From Burkholderiales bacterium (GTDB lineage Bacteria > Pseudomonadota > Gammaproteobacteria > Burkholderiales > SG8-39): a stretch of 64,000 bases of DNA. The stretch spans positions 82,375 to 146,374 of the forward strand of contig JBFJOO010000001.1 in the NCBI GenBank assembly GCA_041617635.1, in the 5' to 3' direction. Of the stretch, positions 40,956 through 50,627 are shown piece by piece; position 1 is the first letter of the stretch; the number at the start of each line of letters is the position of its first letter. A program made the position numbers and the translations under genes. The notes under the pieces were generated by a model, which saw only the letters and a list, made by a program, of their open reading frames with translations, ran no database searches and had not been told where the DNA came from.

Positions 40956-41613
40956 GCCGCCGCCTCGCCCGATCGAGCGTGTAGATCACCGTGATGGACA
41001 CGAACGATATTCCCAGGAGCAGCGCCGACATGGCGCCCGCCGCCTCATCGTCGAGCGCTTGCACGCGATCGTAGATCGCAATCGCAACCGTCTTTGTCTC
41101 GCCGGGGATGTTGCCCCCGACCATCAGCACGACGCCGAATTCGCCCAGGGTGTGGGCGAAAGTCAGCACGAACGCGCTCAGCAAGCCGGACCACGCGAGC
41201 GGCAGCTCGACCTGCCACAGCGTCCGCCAGCCCGACATGCCGCACAGCCACGCCGCTTCGCGAACGTGCTCCGGCACCGATTCGAACGCGCGCTGCACCG
41301 GCTGCACCGCGAACGGCAGATTGAATATGATCGACGCCGCGAGCAATCCTGCGAAACTGAACGCGAGCGGCCCGCCAGTGAGCGCGCTGAACGCCTGGCC
41401 GAGCGCCGATTGCGGCGCAAAGACCACGAGCAGGTAGTAGCCAAGCACCGTCGGCGGCAGGACGAGCGGCAGCGCGACCAGCGCTTCGACGGCTGCCTTA
41501 CCCGCGAAACGCCGCCACGCAAGCTCGCGCGCGAGGAGGATGGCGAGCGGCAGCAGCACGGCTGCGGTCGCCAGCGCAAGCTTCAGCGAAAGCCACAGAG
41601 CGGTCCAGTCCAC
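40948..41613 (-). CDS. modB: Molybdate ABC transporter permease
   Basis: 221 aa. Polytopic, with an EAA-loop-like EAAWLCGMSGWRTLWQVELP. Confidence 0.85.
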   Translation of the reverse strand: MDWTALWLSLKLALATAAVLLPLAILLARELAWRRFAGKAAVEALVALPLVLPPTVLGYYLLVVFAPQSALGQAFSALTGGPLAFSFAGLLAASIIFNLPFAVQPVQRAFESVPEHVREAAWLCGMSGWRTLWQVELPLAWSGLLSAFVLTFAHTLGEFGVVLMVGGNIPGETKTVAIAIYDRVQALDDEAAGAMSALLLGISFVSITVIYTLDRARRRRG

Positions 41614-41616
41614 TTG

Positions 41617-42417
41617 CTAGCCTTCCGGAACGGCAAACCCGTACTGCTCGAAAATGGCCCGTGCAACGGGATCCCGCAGGAATGCGTAGAACGCCCGCGC
41701 GGTGTCGCCGGCGTTTCGCAGGAGAACCATGCGCTGCTCGATCGGCGCGTGCAGATTCGCCGGGATGAGCGCGGACCGCCCCCTGCCCTGCAAGACCGGC
41801 GCGCGCACGATGGAGTACGGGATGAAGGCGGCTTCCACGGCTCCGCTGAGCGCGAACTGCGCCGTCTGGCCGACGTTTTCGCCGATCGCAAGCCTTCCCT
41901 GCAACGCGTCCCACAGCCCCTTGCGCCGCAGGACCTCGCGTGCCGCGGAACCGTAGGGCGCCAGCTCGGGGCTCGCAATCGCGATGCGCCGCAGGTCGCC
42001 CGCGCGCAGCGCCTTTGCCAGGCCCGCGAGATCCGGATCGACCGCCACCGGCGAATCGTTTGGCGCAAAGAGGGCGAGCCGCCCGACTGCATACACCCGA
42101 CCCACGCCTTCGGCGCGGCCGCGGTCGACGACAAAGTCGACGTTTGCGAGGTCCGCGGACAGAAAGAGCTCATAGGGTCCCCCGGCCACGATCTGTCGCG
42201 CGAGGTTTCCCGAGGAGCCAAAAGACAGCTTAACGCGCCGTCCGGTCGCGCGCTCGAAGGTCGTCGCGATCTCGGGCAGAACAAACGTCAGGTTCGCCGC
42301 CGCCGCGATCACCGGCACCTCGGCTGCCCGCGCGGGCGCCGCGCCGAGCGTCGCGAGCAGCACGCACAGGCAAGTCGATCGGATCAAGCTGGGGCTCCGC
42401 AGGCTCGTTATAGCCAT
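41617..42417 (-). CDS. modA: Molybdate ABC transporter substrate-binding protein
   Basis: Internal ATG MAITSLRSPS... with a signal peptide; SFGSSGNLARQI, LFLSAD. The start sits inside a palindrome (see 42407-42422). Confidence 0.8.
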   Translation of the reverse strand: MAITSLRSPSLIRSTCLCVLLATLGAAPARAAEVPVIAAAANLTFVLPEIATTFERATGRRVKLSFGSSGNLARQIVAGGPYELFLSADLANVDFVVDRGRAEGVGRVYAVGRLALFAPNDSPVAVDPDLAGLAKALRAGDLRRIAIASPELAPYGSAAREVLRRKGLWDALQGRLAIGENVGQTAQFALSGAVEAAFIPYSIVRAPVLQGRGRSALIPANLHAPIEQRMVLLRNAGDTARAFYAFLRDPVARAIFEQYGFAVPEG

Positions 42418-42422
42418 ATAAC
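42407..42422. promoter_or_regulatory. AT-rich inverted repeat GTTATA-gcca-TATAAC at the modA start; candidate ModE-type operator
   Basis: Read directly. It stands out in a GC-rich background and overlaps the modA ATG (42417-42415). Half-sites resemble, from memory, the TATAT/ACG-containing ModE boxes of E. coli. Low confidence. Confidence 0.3.
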
Positions 42423-42554
42423 CATATCGTATTCGGGACGGCGTGAAAACATGTACAGATCCAGCCTGCGCGAGGCTAGAATGACATCGTGCAGTCGTGT
42501 CATTGACGCGAAAGCGGGCGCATCTATGCCCAAGACTCGTTCGATTAAGCGCTC

Positions 42555-42578
42555 GATCCCCGCCTCTGCGGGGATGAC
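42555..42578. repeat. Short GC hairpin repeat, same family as 11013 and 33552
   Basis: gatccccgc-ctct-gcggggatgac lies in the modA/modE-like divergent region. Confidence 0.6.
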
Positions 42579-42605
42579 TCAATCGATTGGACGGGCGGAT
42601 CGGGA

Positions 42606-42977
42606 ATGAAAACCGGGAACATCACCGTCGGCGTGCGCCTGCGCGTCGTGCTCGAGCGCAATATCGCGATCGGACCGGGGAAAGCCGACCTCCTCGAGGA
42701 AATCGCCGCGACCGGGTCGATCGCCGCGGCGGCGCGCGAAATGGGAATGAGCTACAAGCGCGCGTGGCTCCTCGTCGATACGATGAACCGCTGCTTCCGC
42801 GCGCCGCTCGTGGAGTCGGCGAAGGGCGGGGCCGCGGGTGGCGGCGCGCTTCTCACTTCGCTCGGCGCCGAGGTGCTACGCCGTTACCGGTCGATGGAAA
42901 AACGCGCGATGCGTGGCGCGTCGGCCGATTTCACCGCCCTCAAGCGCGCACTGCGCCCGCCCCGCAAGCGGCGTTAA
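42606..42977 (+). CDS. ModE N-terminal-domain-like winged-helix regulator (no Mop/molybdate-binding domains)
   Basis: 123 aa. IGPGKADLLEEIAATGSIAAAAREMGMSYKRAWLLVDTMN is the ModE/LysR-type HTH. Divergent from modABC. Confidence 0.7.
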   Translation: MKTGNITVGVRLRVVLERNIAIGPGKADLLEEIAATGSIAAAAREMGMSYKRAWLLVDTMNRCFRAPLVESAKGGAAGGGALLTSLGAEVLRRYRSMEKRAMRGASADFTALKRALRPPRKRR

Positions 42978-43804
42978 TCCGAACCGCTCCGCCCGCCCGA
43001 CACCCGCGGGATGCCCGCGAGATCCGGCCAGCTCGCCGCGTCCGCGTAGCCCGCTTCCTCGAGCAGCGCACGGCTGGCCTGCGCCTGATCGTACCCGTGC
43101 TCGAAGAGCAGCCATCCCGATGGCGCAAGATGGGCGCGCGCCGTGCGTACGATGCGTCGAATGCAATCGAGGCCGTCCGCTCCGCCGACGAGCGCGGCGC
43201 GTGGTTCGAAGCGCAGATCACCCTGGGCGAGGTGGCGATCCTGCGCGGCGACATACGGCGGGTTGGTGACGACGAGATCGAAGCGCTCGCCGGAGAGGGC
43301 GGCGAACCAGTCGCTCGCGACGAATCGAACGCCGGGCGCGTGCCGCGCCGCGTTCGCGCGGGCGATTGCGAGCGCGGCGGGCGACACGTCCGTCGCCCAG
43401 ACCTGCGCGTCGGGCGCCGAGTACGCGATCGCGATCGCGATCGCGCCACTACCGGTACCGAGGTCAAGGACGCGGCGGGATTCGCGGCCAAGACGCTCAA
43501 GGGAAAGTTCCACGAGCCGCTCGGTTTCCGGCCGCGGAATCAGCACGTCGGGCGTGACGGCCAGGTCCAGGCCATAAAACTCCTGACGGCCCACGATATA
43601 TGCGATCGGCTCGCCGGCGCGCCGGCGCGCGAGGAATCCGCGGGCGACCTGCTGCCGCGCCTCATCGATCGAATCGTGCGGATGCGCGATGAGCCAGGCG
43701 CGATCCACCGCGAGCGCGTGCGCGACGAGGAGCCGTGCCTCTCCTGGAGGCAGTCCGCTCGTTTCGATCAAGGTACGCACGGTTTCGGGCATCGTCGACG
43801 CCAT
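42974..43804 (-). CDS. prmC: Release-factor glutamine N5-methyltransferase
   Basis: 276 aa: VLDLGTGSGAIAI, VTNPPYV (NPPY motif), EHGYDQ. Confidence 0.9.
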   Translation of the reverse strand: MASTMPETVRTLIETSGLPPGEARLLVAHALAVDRAWLIAHPHDSIDEARQQVARGFLARRRAGEPIAYIVGRQEFYGLDLAVTPDVLIPRPETERLVELSLERLGRESRRVLDLGTGSGAIAIAIAYSAPDAQVWATDVSPAALAIARANAARHAPGVRFVASDWFAALSGERFDLVVTNPPYVAAQDRHLAQGDLRFEPRAALVGGADGLDCIRRIVRTARAHLAPSGWLLFEHGYDQAQASRALLEEAGYADAASWPDLAGIPRVSGGRSGSD

Positions 43805-43980
43805 GCGGGCGGCGCGCCGGTTGCGGCGGTTCCGGATTGTCCCAGACCCGCGACTCGCCGGCCGGAACGGTTTGCGGCCGTCGCAGCTCCGTGCAAGACT
43901 ATGCGGTCGCCATTTTCACGCCGGCTGCGCCGCCGGATGTGCCACCAGGCCACCAAGACATGCCACCGGATGTACCGCCA

Positions 43981-44622
43981 ATGTCCGCGCAAGACGGCCC
44001 CTTTACCCATCTCGACGAGACCGCCCTGCGCGAGCTGGCCCCGCACGGTGTCCCGCGCTCGTTCCAGAAGAACGTCGTGGTCGTCCACGAGGGTGATGCG
44101 ACTGACTCGCTTTACGTGGTGCTCTCCGGGCGCGTCAAGGCGTTCGTGAGCGACGAGGAGGGCAAGGAGGTCGTGGTGAACACCATTGCCGCGGGCGACT
44201 ACTTCGGCGAGCTCGTGCTCGATGGCGGACCGCGCGCCGCATCGATCATGACGCTCGAGCCGTGCCGCTTCTACGTGATCCCGCGGGGCGACGTCGAAGG
44301 CCTCATCGAGCGCAATCCCGTTTTCGCGCGCCACCTGATCTATGCGCTGATCGGGAAAGTGCGCAGCCTGACGGACACCGTGCGCGACCTCGCGCTCAAG
44401 GACGTTTACGGCCGCCTCGTCAAGTTTCTCGACGCGCACTCCATCGAACAGGACGGCCGGCGCGTCGTTCCCGAGCGGCTCACGCAGAACGACATCGCGG
44501 CGCGCATCGGTGCCTCGCGGGAAATGGTGAGCCGCATCGTCAAGGATCTCACCGCCGGCGGCTATATCTCGGTCGAGTCGAAGCACATCAGCCTGCACAA
44601 GAAGCTTCCAGCGCAGTGGTGA
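43981..44622 (+). CDS. Crp/Fnr-family transcriptional regulator
   Basis: Distal part of ORF 43735..44622. cNMP-like domain motifs: VVHEGDATDSLYVVLSGRVKAF, YFGELVL...RAASIMT. HTH: LTQNDIAARIGASREMVSRIVKDL. An alternative ATG lies at 43960. Confidence 0.8.
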   Translation: MSAQDGPFTHLDETALRELAPHGVPRSFQKNVVVVHEGDATDSLYVVLSGRVKAFVSDEEGKEVVVNTIAAGDYFGELVLDGGPRAASIMTLEPCRFYVIPRGDVEGLIERNPVFARHLIYALIGKVRSLTDTVRDLALKDVYGRLVKFLDAHSIEQDGRRVVPERLTQNDIAARIGASREMVSRIVKDLTAGGYISVESKHISLHKKLPAQW

Positions 44623-44676
44623 GCGGACCGCGCCGCCCGACGCGGCCGAGCCGGCGCCGCCGGCTGGAATGTGAAT

Positions 44677-44699
44677 ACGTCACAAAATCCCTGTGACGT
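44677..44699. promoter_or_regulatory. Perfect 8-bp-arm palindrome ACGTCACA-N7-TGTGACGT
   Basis: Read directly, 55 nt downstream of the Crp-like stop. It contains TCACA/TGTGA half-sites but in the inverse order to a CRP box. It could be a protein site or an RNA stem-loop. Confidence 0.35.
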
Positions 44700-44808
44700 G
44701 CTTCGAAGAGTGCCAGCGCTGCCCCGCGTACCGTTTGCTTCACCGGGGCGGCATCCTCGCCACCCGGTACTCCTCTAGCACGATTGCCCGCCAAGGCGTG
44801 CTCCTCCC

Positions 44809-44839
44809 GGGGCGCATGAAAATGCGCCCCGATTTTTTT
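44809..44839 (+). terminator. Rho-independent terminator
   Basis: ggggcgcat-gaaa-atgcgcccc followed by gattttttt. It lies about 190 nt after the Crp-like stop. Confidence 0.75.
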
Positions 44840-44984
44840 CTGGGGCTTGCGCTCCCGCCGGCCGTGAATGCGGCACAGGACCGGCGCGTCAAGCGACGCG
44901 GAAACCGCCCCTCCGGTGACCTACAGTCCTCCCCACCGGACGCGCCGTGGGGTGCGCGAAACCGAAGACAAGGAGGCAACACCC

Positions 44985-45167
44985 ATGAGCTGGACTCTGA
45001 TCGTGAACACCTTCGCGGGCGCCGCGGGCGCAGCGAGCATCGCCTACCTGGCGTGGGTGGCCTGGCTCTGCGTACGCGAGTCGCCGCTGGCCGGGCGAGC
45101 GCCGAAAGGCCGGACGGCGCGCCGTCGTGCACCGTCAGGCGGCCGGCTGCGCAGCCGCCTCGTCTGA
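44985..45167 (+). CDS. Candidate small membrane protein (60 aa)
   Basis: Canonical SD aaggagg (44970-44976) sits 8 nt before the [33 protein letters not shown] is a single TM helix, followed by an Arg-rich tail that overlaps the convergent prfA end by 33 nt. No family recognised. Confidence 0.4.
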   Translation: MSWTLIVNTFAGAAGAASIAYLAWVAWLCVRESPLAGRAPKGRTARRRAPSGGRLRSRLV

Positions 45168-46235
45168 CAAGGTGGCGAGCAGCTCCGCCTGATGCTCGGC
45201 GGAGAGTGCCCCGGTCAGCTCGTCGAGATCGCCGTCCATGATCGCCTGGATCTTGTAGAGGGTCAGATTGATGCGGTGATCGGTCACCCGTCCCTGCGGA
45301 AAATTGTAGGTGCGGATGCGCTCGGAGCGATCGCCGCTCCCGATGAGGCTCTTCCGCGTCGCGGCGGTCTGCGCGTTCTGCTCGCGCATCTGCTTGTCCT
45401 TGATGCGCGCGGCGAGCACGCTCATTGCCCGCTCCTTGTTCTTGTGCTGGGAGCGCGAATCCTGGCACTCCACGACGATCCCGGTCGGAAGGTGCGTGAT
45501 GCGGATCGCCGAATCGGTCTTGTTCACGTGCTGCCCCCCCGCGCCCGAAGCACGAAACGTGTCGATCTTGAGGTCGGCGGGATTCAGGATCACGTCGCTC
45601 ACCGCGTCGACTTCGGGCATCACGGCAACCGTCGCGGCGGACGTGTGAATGCGCCCCTGGGTCTCGGTCTCCGGGACGCGCTGGACACGATGACCGCCCG
45701 ACTCGAACTTGAGCTTCGAGTACACGTCGTTGCCGATCACGCGCGCGATGATTTCCTTGTACCCGCCCAGGTCCGAAGGGCTTTCGGAGATGATCTCCAC
45801 CTGCCAGCGCTTGCGCTCGGCGTAGCGCGCATACATGCGGAACAGGTCGCCCGCGAAGAGCGCCGATTCGTCTCCGCCCGTCCCCGCGCGGATCTCGAGG
45901 AACGTGTTGCGCTCGTCGTTCGGGTCGCGGGGCAGGAGCAGCTTCTGGATCTCGGTTTCGAGCTCCTCCAGCCGGGCCCGCCCCTCTTCGAGCTCGGACT
46001 CGGCGAGCGCCTTCATCTCGGGATCCGCCAGCATCTCGGTTGCCGCCGCGATGTCGCCTTCCACCTTCCGGTAGCGTTGGTAGTAGTCGACCACCGGCCC
46101 GATCTCGGCGTGCTCGCGCGAGAGCTTGCGGAACTGCTCCATGTCGCGCGTTGCGTCCTCGGCGGAAAGCAGCCGGTTCAGCTCCTCCAGACGGCGGGCG
46201 AGATGTTGCAGCTTTGCGGCGATGCTCGGTTTCAT
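45135..46235 (-). CDS. prfA: Peptide chain release factor 1
   Basis: 366 aa: PET tripeptide region (RVQRVPETE), [14 protein letters not shown] (GGQ motif). Confidence 0.97.
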   Translation of the reverse strand: MKPSIAAKLQHLARRLEELNRLLSAEDATRDMEQFRKLSREHAEIGPVVDYYQRYRKVEGDIAAATEMLADPEMKALAESELEEGRARLEELETEIQKLLLPRDPNDERNTFLEIRAGTGGDESALFAGDLFRMYARYAERKRWQVEIISESPSDLGGYKEIIARVIGNDVYSKLKFESGGHRVQRVPETETQGRIHTSAATVAVMPEVDAVSDVILNPADLKIDTFRASGAGGQHVNKTDSAIRITHLPTGIVVECQDSRSQHKNKERAMSVLAARIKDKQMREQNAQTAATRKSLIGSGDRSERIRTYNFPQGRVTDHRINLTLYKIQAIMDGDLDELTGALSAEHQAELLATLSDEAAAQPAA

Positions 46236-46333
46236 GTGCGTGGGCCAGGAAGCGGTTCAGACGTCGCGGTCGTGCCGGCGCCACGGTCTCGATTCCCGGT
46301 TCGCGGGAACGACCGCGGTTTGCCCGAGCGCAG

Positions 46334-47587
46334 CTAGGAGTCGGACCGCAGGTTGTAGATGCGCGACAAGATATCGCGGGCTCTTGCGCGCGCATCCGCG
46401 TCGCTCTCGTGCAGCGCCTGTGTCGGCGCGTGGAGGAGCTTGTTCGTGAGTCCGTGGGAAAGCGCCTCGAGGACCTGGGCCGGATCATCGCCGCGCGCCA
46501 GCATCCGCAACGCCCGCTCGATCTCGTGCCGACGCGCCCGTTCGCCCTGGTCGCGCAGACCCTTGATCAGCGGAACGAACTCGCGGGACTCCATCCAGTG
46601 CAGGAAGTTGCCGACCTGCGTGTCGATGATCGCCTCGGCCTGCGCGACGTGTGACTGGCGCTCGTCGACGCCGGTGCGCACGACGCTGGCAAGATCGTCC
46701 ACGGTGTAGAGGTAGACGTCATCCAGCTCACCGACCTCGGGCTCGATGTCGCGCGGCACCGCGAGGTCGACCATGAACACCGGCTGGTGGCGGCGCGCCT
46801 TGATCACCCGCTCCATGATCCCCTTGCCCAGAATCGGCAGCGAGCTCGCGGTGCACGAGATGACGATGTCGTGCTCGGCAAGGCGCTCCGGAAGGTCGCG
46901 CAGCAAGATCGCCTGGCCGCTGAAACGGTGCGCGAGCGACTGCGCACGGTCGAGCGTGCGGTTCGCGACGGTGACGGCGCGCGGCATTTGCGCGGCGAAA
47001 TGGGTGGCGCAGAGCTCGATCATCTCGCCCGCGCCGATCAGGAGCACCCGCCGGTCGCGCATGCTCGGGAAAATGCGCCCCGCGAGCCTCACCGCCGCCG
47101 CGGCCATCGACACCACGTTGGCGCCGATGCGCGTGTTGGTGCGCACGTCCTTCGCCACCGCGAACGAGCGCTGGAAGAGCCGCGAGAGCGTCGCGCCCAG
47201 CGACCCGGCCTCGTGTGCCTGCCGCACGGCGTCCTTCAGCTGGCCGAGGATCTGCGGCTCGCCGAGCACCATCGAGTCGAGGCCGGCGGCGACCCGGAAC
47301 GCATGCCGCACTGCCGCTTCCCGCGGCAGCGTGTAAAGGTAGGGCCGGAGATCGCCTTCCGGGAGGCTGTGATGGCTTGCCAGCCACGCGAACGCCTCGC
47401 TCGGCTCGCCGGCCGCGCAATAGAGCTCGGTGCGGTTGCACGTCGAAAGGATCGCCGCTTCCTCGGCCGGTCGAACGCGGGCAATCTCGCGCAGCGCCCC
47501 CTTCAGGCCCTCGCCGGTGAACGCGATCCGCTCGCGGATCGCAAGCGGCGCGCTCTGGTAGTTGAGACCGAGGGCAAAGAGTTGCAT
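46334..47587 (-). CDS. hemA: Glutamyl-tRNA reductase
   Basis: Internal [39 protein letters not shown]. Confidence 0.95.
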   Translation of the reverse strand: MQLFALGLNYQSAPLAIRERIAFTGEGLKGALREIARVRPAEEAAILSTCNRTELYCAAGEPSEAFAWLASHHSLPEGDLRPYLYTLPREAAVRHAFRVAAGLDSMVLGEPQILGQLKDAVRQAHEAGSLGATLSRLFQRSFAVAKDVRTNTRIGANVVSMAAAAVRLAGRIFPSMRDRRVLLIGAGEMIELCATHFAAQMPRAVTVANRTLDRAQSLAHRFSGQAILLRDLPERLAEHDIVISCTASSLPILGKGIMERVIKARRHQPVFMVDLAVPRDIEPEVGELDDVYLYTVDDLASVVRTGVDERQSHVAQAEAIIDTQVGNFLHWMESREFVPLIKGLRDQGERARRHEIERALRMLARGDDPAQVLEALSHGLTNKLLHAPTQALHESDADARARARDILSRIYNLRSDS

Positions 47588-47691
47588 CGAGGGTGGGCTC
47601 CGGGCGGAAATTATAGCCAAACCAGGGCTTTGGCACTCGACCTGGATCAAGAAACCCTCGGGATTGGCGCGGCTCGCACCGCGGTGTCGGC

Positions 47692-48546
47692 TCAGTCCGG
47701 CCCCCTCCTGCCAGGTCCCGGCCCCTCTCGCTCACCGGAAATCCCCCCGGCTGGCGGCCGGACCTCCGCGCCGGGCGTGCCGTCGGGCCCCAGCCCCGCG
47801 AGCGCGACGTTGCGCAGCTGCAGGGGCGCAGCCCGCCGGGCCGCCCGGGCACGCATGCGCAGGTTGAGCATCTCGACCGCGACCGAGAACGCCATCGCGA
47901 AGTAGATGTAGCCCTTCGGCACATGGAATTCCCACCCCTCGGCGACCAGCGCGAAGCCGACCAGGATCAAGAACGCGAGCGCCAGGATCTTGATGGTCGG
48001 ATGGCGGTCGACGAACTCGCCGATCGGCCGGGCAGCGAACATCATCACGCCGACCGCGGTGACGATCGCGATCACCATCACGGACAACTGGTCGACGAGA
48101 CCGACCGCGGTGATCACCGAGTCGAGCGAGAACACGATGTCGATGATCGCGATCTGCACCAGCACGCTGGCGTACGTCGCCCGCACTGCGGCACCGGCCC
48201 GCGCGTCCACTTCGCCCTCAAGCGAGTTGTGGATCTCGTGGACGCTCTTCCAGAGCAGGAAGAGCCCGCCCCCGATCAGGATGAGGTCGCGCCCCGAGAT
48301 CTCCTGGTCGAACACCGCGAACAGCGGTGCGGTGAGCGTCATCATCCACGACAGCGAGAAGAGCAGCAGAATCCGCGTGCCCATGGCGAGCGCGAGACCG
48401 ATCGTTCGGGCGCGATTGCGCTGCGCCTCGGGCAGGCGCCCGACGAGGATCGAGATGAAGATGATGTTGTCGACGCCGAGGACGATCTCGAGCGCCGTGA
48501 GGGTCGCGAGCGCGATCCAAACCTGCGGGTCGGTCAGCCACTCCAT
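47692..48546 (-). CDS. TerC-family integral membrane protein
   Basis: 284 aa. [16 protein letters not shown] and [11 protein letters not shown] are the paired TerC motifs. Ends in an Arg/Pro/Gly-rich C-terminal tail. Confidence 0.85.
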   Translation of the reverse strand: MEWLTDPQVWIALATLTALEIVLGVDNIIFISILVGRLPEAQRNRARTIGLALAMGTRILLLFSLSWMMTLTAPLFAVFDQEISGRDLILIGGGLFLLWKSVHEIHNSLEGEVDARAGAAVRATYASVLVQIAIIDIVFSLDSVITAVGLVDQLSVMVIAIVTAVGVMMFAARPIGEFVDRHPTIKILALAFLILVGFALVAEGWEFHVPKGYIYFAMAFSVAVEMLNLRMRARAARRAAPLQLRNVALAGLGPDGTPGAEVRPPAGGISGEREGPGPGRRGPD

Positions 48547-48623
48547 TGAAGAACTCCTGACTTGAGCACGGACACTGGGTCAACGGGAGCGCGACACGCC
48601 CCGCACGGAATTCTGGCAATCGG

Positions 48624-50294
48624 CTACGCGCGCACCGAAGGTGCAGTGCGACCGGCAATCTGCAGAAACTGGCTCGGCTGGCCGAGCAGGTAGTTCACGA
48701 ACTCCTCGAACACGTTTTCGCGCGCGGTCTTGCCGTCGAGCACGATGTTCTGGGAACCGAACTGCGCCACGTTCTTGCAGAGAAACGCGAGCCGGCCGCG
48801 CTCGCGATCGGCCATGACGCGGGCGTAGATGGTGATCTCGCCGGCGATCTCGAACACGCTGGCGCCCCCGTTCTGGCCGCCGCTCGCGTCGTCCGCGGTA
48901 AAGCGCAGATTCGCCGCGGTGAGCCGGTCGATGAGCGGCTGCGCTTCCGCGGCCGGGAGCTCGCGGCGCAGCGTGGTCGGCGAGATGCAGACGACGGTGA
49001 GCGTGATCATGTCCATCCACGGCCGCCCGTCGGCGCGGCGCAGCTTGCTGTCGACGAACGCGTCGGCAAGCTTGGGCCGGGCAAAGGCGCCCACGCCTTC
49101 GAGCGCGTAATCATGCGCGATCTCGGGCTTGACGATGCCGAGGTAGCGCACCAGCTCCTCGCAGAACGCGAAGCCGGTGCGCATCTTCCGCTCGATGTCG
49201 AGCGCGAGCATAAGCGTTTGCGCGGCGACTTCGTCGGTCGAGGTCGCGCTCTCCAGCGCCTCGGCCTGGTTCTTCAGCCGCTCGAGCAAGCCCGCGCTCC
49301 CGTCCTTGCCCGCCTGCTTGGCCGGCTTTGCGGCGGCAGGCGCCGCGGGGCCCGGCGCCGGCTGCGAGACGCCTGCCGGCTCGGAGCTCGCGAACAAGTC
49401 GAACTCCGGCATCACGAGGTCGCCCGTTGACGCGAGCGCCGCGATACTCGACTTGCTCTCGCTCGACTTGAGCTCGGTCTGCAGGACTGCGCGGAGGTCC
49501 TCGGCCAGCTTGTCCGCAGTCGCGTAGCGCTCGGCGTGATTCTTGCGAAGCGCTTGCTCGATGATCGCATCGAGCGCTCTCGGCACCTCCTTATTGAGCC
49601 TGCTCGCCGGCTCGGGCACCTTGCTGACGATGTTCTGCATCAGCGTGAGAAAATCCTCCGGACGCGCCGCGTCGAACGGCGCGACGCCGGTCGCGAGCTC
49701 ATAGAGCAAGATGCCGAGCGAGAACACGTCGCTGCGGCCATCCACCTTCTTGCCCGAGACCTGCTCGGGCGACATGTAGCGGGGCGAGCCGATGACCACA
49801 CCCGTCCGGGTGCGCGACATCTGGTCGATGCGCGCAATGCCGAAATCGGTGATCTTCACGAGACCCTGCTTCGTGAGCATCAGATTGCCGGGCTTGATGT
49901 CGCGATGCACGACGCCCTGCCGGTGCGCGTACTCCAGGGCATCAGCGGTCTGCAGGACGATGTGCACGGCGGTCGCAAGCGAGATCCGCTCCCCGCGGTC
50001 GAGGATGTCCTTGAGCGAGCGCCCTTCGAGCAGCTCCATCACGATATAGGCGATGTCCTCGAACTCGCCCACGTCGTAGATCGTCACGATGCACGGGTGG
50101 CTCAGCCGCCCCGCAGCCTTCGCCTCGCGCAGAAAGCGCCGGCGGGGCTCGACGCTGCCGTCCTGGATCTGCAGCGCGTTGATAGTCTTGATGGCGACCG
50201 TGCGCTCGATCATCGGGTCGGAGGCCTTGAAAACCGTACCCATCGAGCCGCGGCCGATTTCCTCCTGCAAGACGTAGCGACCGAGAGTTTTCAT
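48624..50294 (-). CDS. Hanks-type Ser/Thr protein kinase with a ~230-aa unassigned C-terminal domain
   Basis: 556 aa. Kinase motifs: GRGSMGTVF, VAIK, HRDIKPGNLML, ITDFGIA, GSPRYMSPEQ. These are followed by a Pro/Ala linker and a C-terminal region with no motif I recognise. Confidence 0.85.
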   Translation of the reverse strand: MKTLGRYVLQEEIGRGSMGTVFKASDPMIERTVAIKTINALQIQDGSVEPRRRFLREAKAAGRLSHPCIVTIYDVGEFEDIAYIVMELLEGRSLKDILDRGERISLATAVHIVLQTADALEYAHRQGVVHRDIKPGNLMLTKQGLVKITDFGIARIDQMSRTRTGVVIGSPRYMSPEQVSGKKVDGRSDVFSLGILLYELATGVAPFDAARPEDFLTLMQNIVSKVPEPASRLNKEVPRALDAIIEQALRKNHAERYATADKLAEDLRAVLQTELKSSESKSSIAALASTGDLVMPEFDLFASSEPAGVSQPAPGPAAPAAAKPAKQAGKDGSAGLLERLKNQAEALESATSTDEVAAQTLMLALDIERKMRTGFAFCEELVRYLGIVKPEIAHDYALEGVGAFARPKLADAFVDSKLRRADGRPWMDMITLTVVCISPTTLRRELPAAEAQPLIDRLTAANLRFTADDASGGQNGGASVFEIAGEITIYARVMADRERGRLAFLCKNVAQFGSQNIVLDGKTARENVFEEFVNYLLGQPSQFLQIAGRTAPSVRA

Positions 50295-50627
50295 TTCTCG
50301 CTTGTCGGTGGTTTCTTCTGCGGCTGGCCGAGCATCCCGTGCCCCCGGCGGGACGCTGAATCTTCTATCTTAGCGGGAAAATCCAAACTGACCCCAGGCC
50401 TTGGCACGGGGCCACTCGCTGTGCAACCCGATTATCGTCCGAGCGCGGTGCGCCGTCGTGGCGACACGACATGTTTTTTTGGCGCCACGGTAGTTGGGCC
50501 GACGCGGGCACCCTACAATGGGCGCGCAGAGGAGGCTCGCGCGGGAAGGTTTCTCGGGCTGAGCCTTGCAGCATATCCCATCCTTCAAAAAAGAAATCTC
50601 TGTTCTGCCCCGAGAAGGAAGAATCTT

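Noticed and set aside
42418-42605. Possible Moco riboswitch upstream of modA
   Set aside because: I did not recognise the conserved Moco RNA motif elements. The region is better explained by protein-binding palindromes and a REP hairpin. Not formally excluded without an Infernal scan.
43921-43983. Direct repeat ccggatgt(g/a)cc(a/g)cca spaced about 33 bp just upstream of the Crp-like gene, as a possible regulatory iteron
   Set aside because: It is short (about 12 nt), imperfect, and may lie inside the coding region if the ATG at 43960 is used. The evidence is insufficient to call a site.
44693-45241. 182-aa plus-strand ORF spanning the Crp-like/prfA intergenic region
   Set aside because: Its translation is Arg/Pro-rich. 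It reads through the intrinsic terminator and into prfA antisense. Only the separate-frame 60-codon ORF with a strong SD seems worth keeping.
48547-48623. Possible yybP-ykoY (Mn) riboswitch upstream of the TerC-family gene
   Set aside because: The leader is only 77 nt, and no GGGGAGUAG-like conserved core is visible on the minus strand.
50390-50420. Sigma-54 promoter (ttggcacggggccactcgct) in the kinase/SYLF divergent region
   Set aside because: TGGCAC is present, but the -12 element at the required spacing reads cact rather than TTGC, so the match is incomplete.
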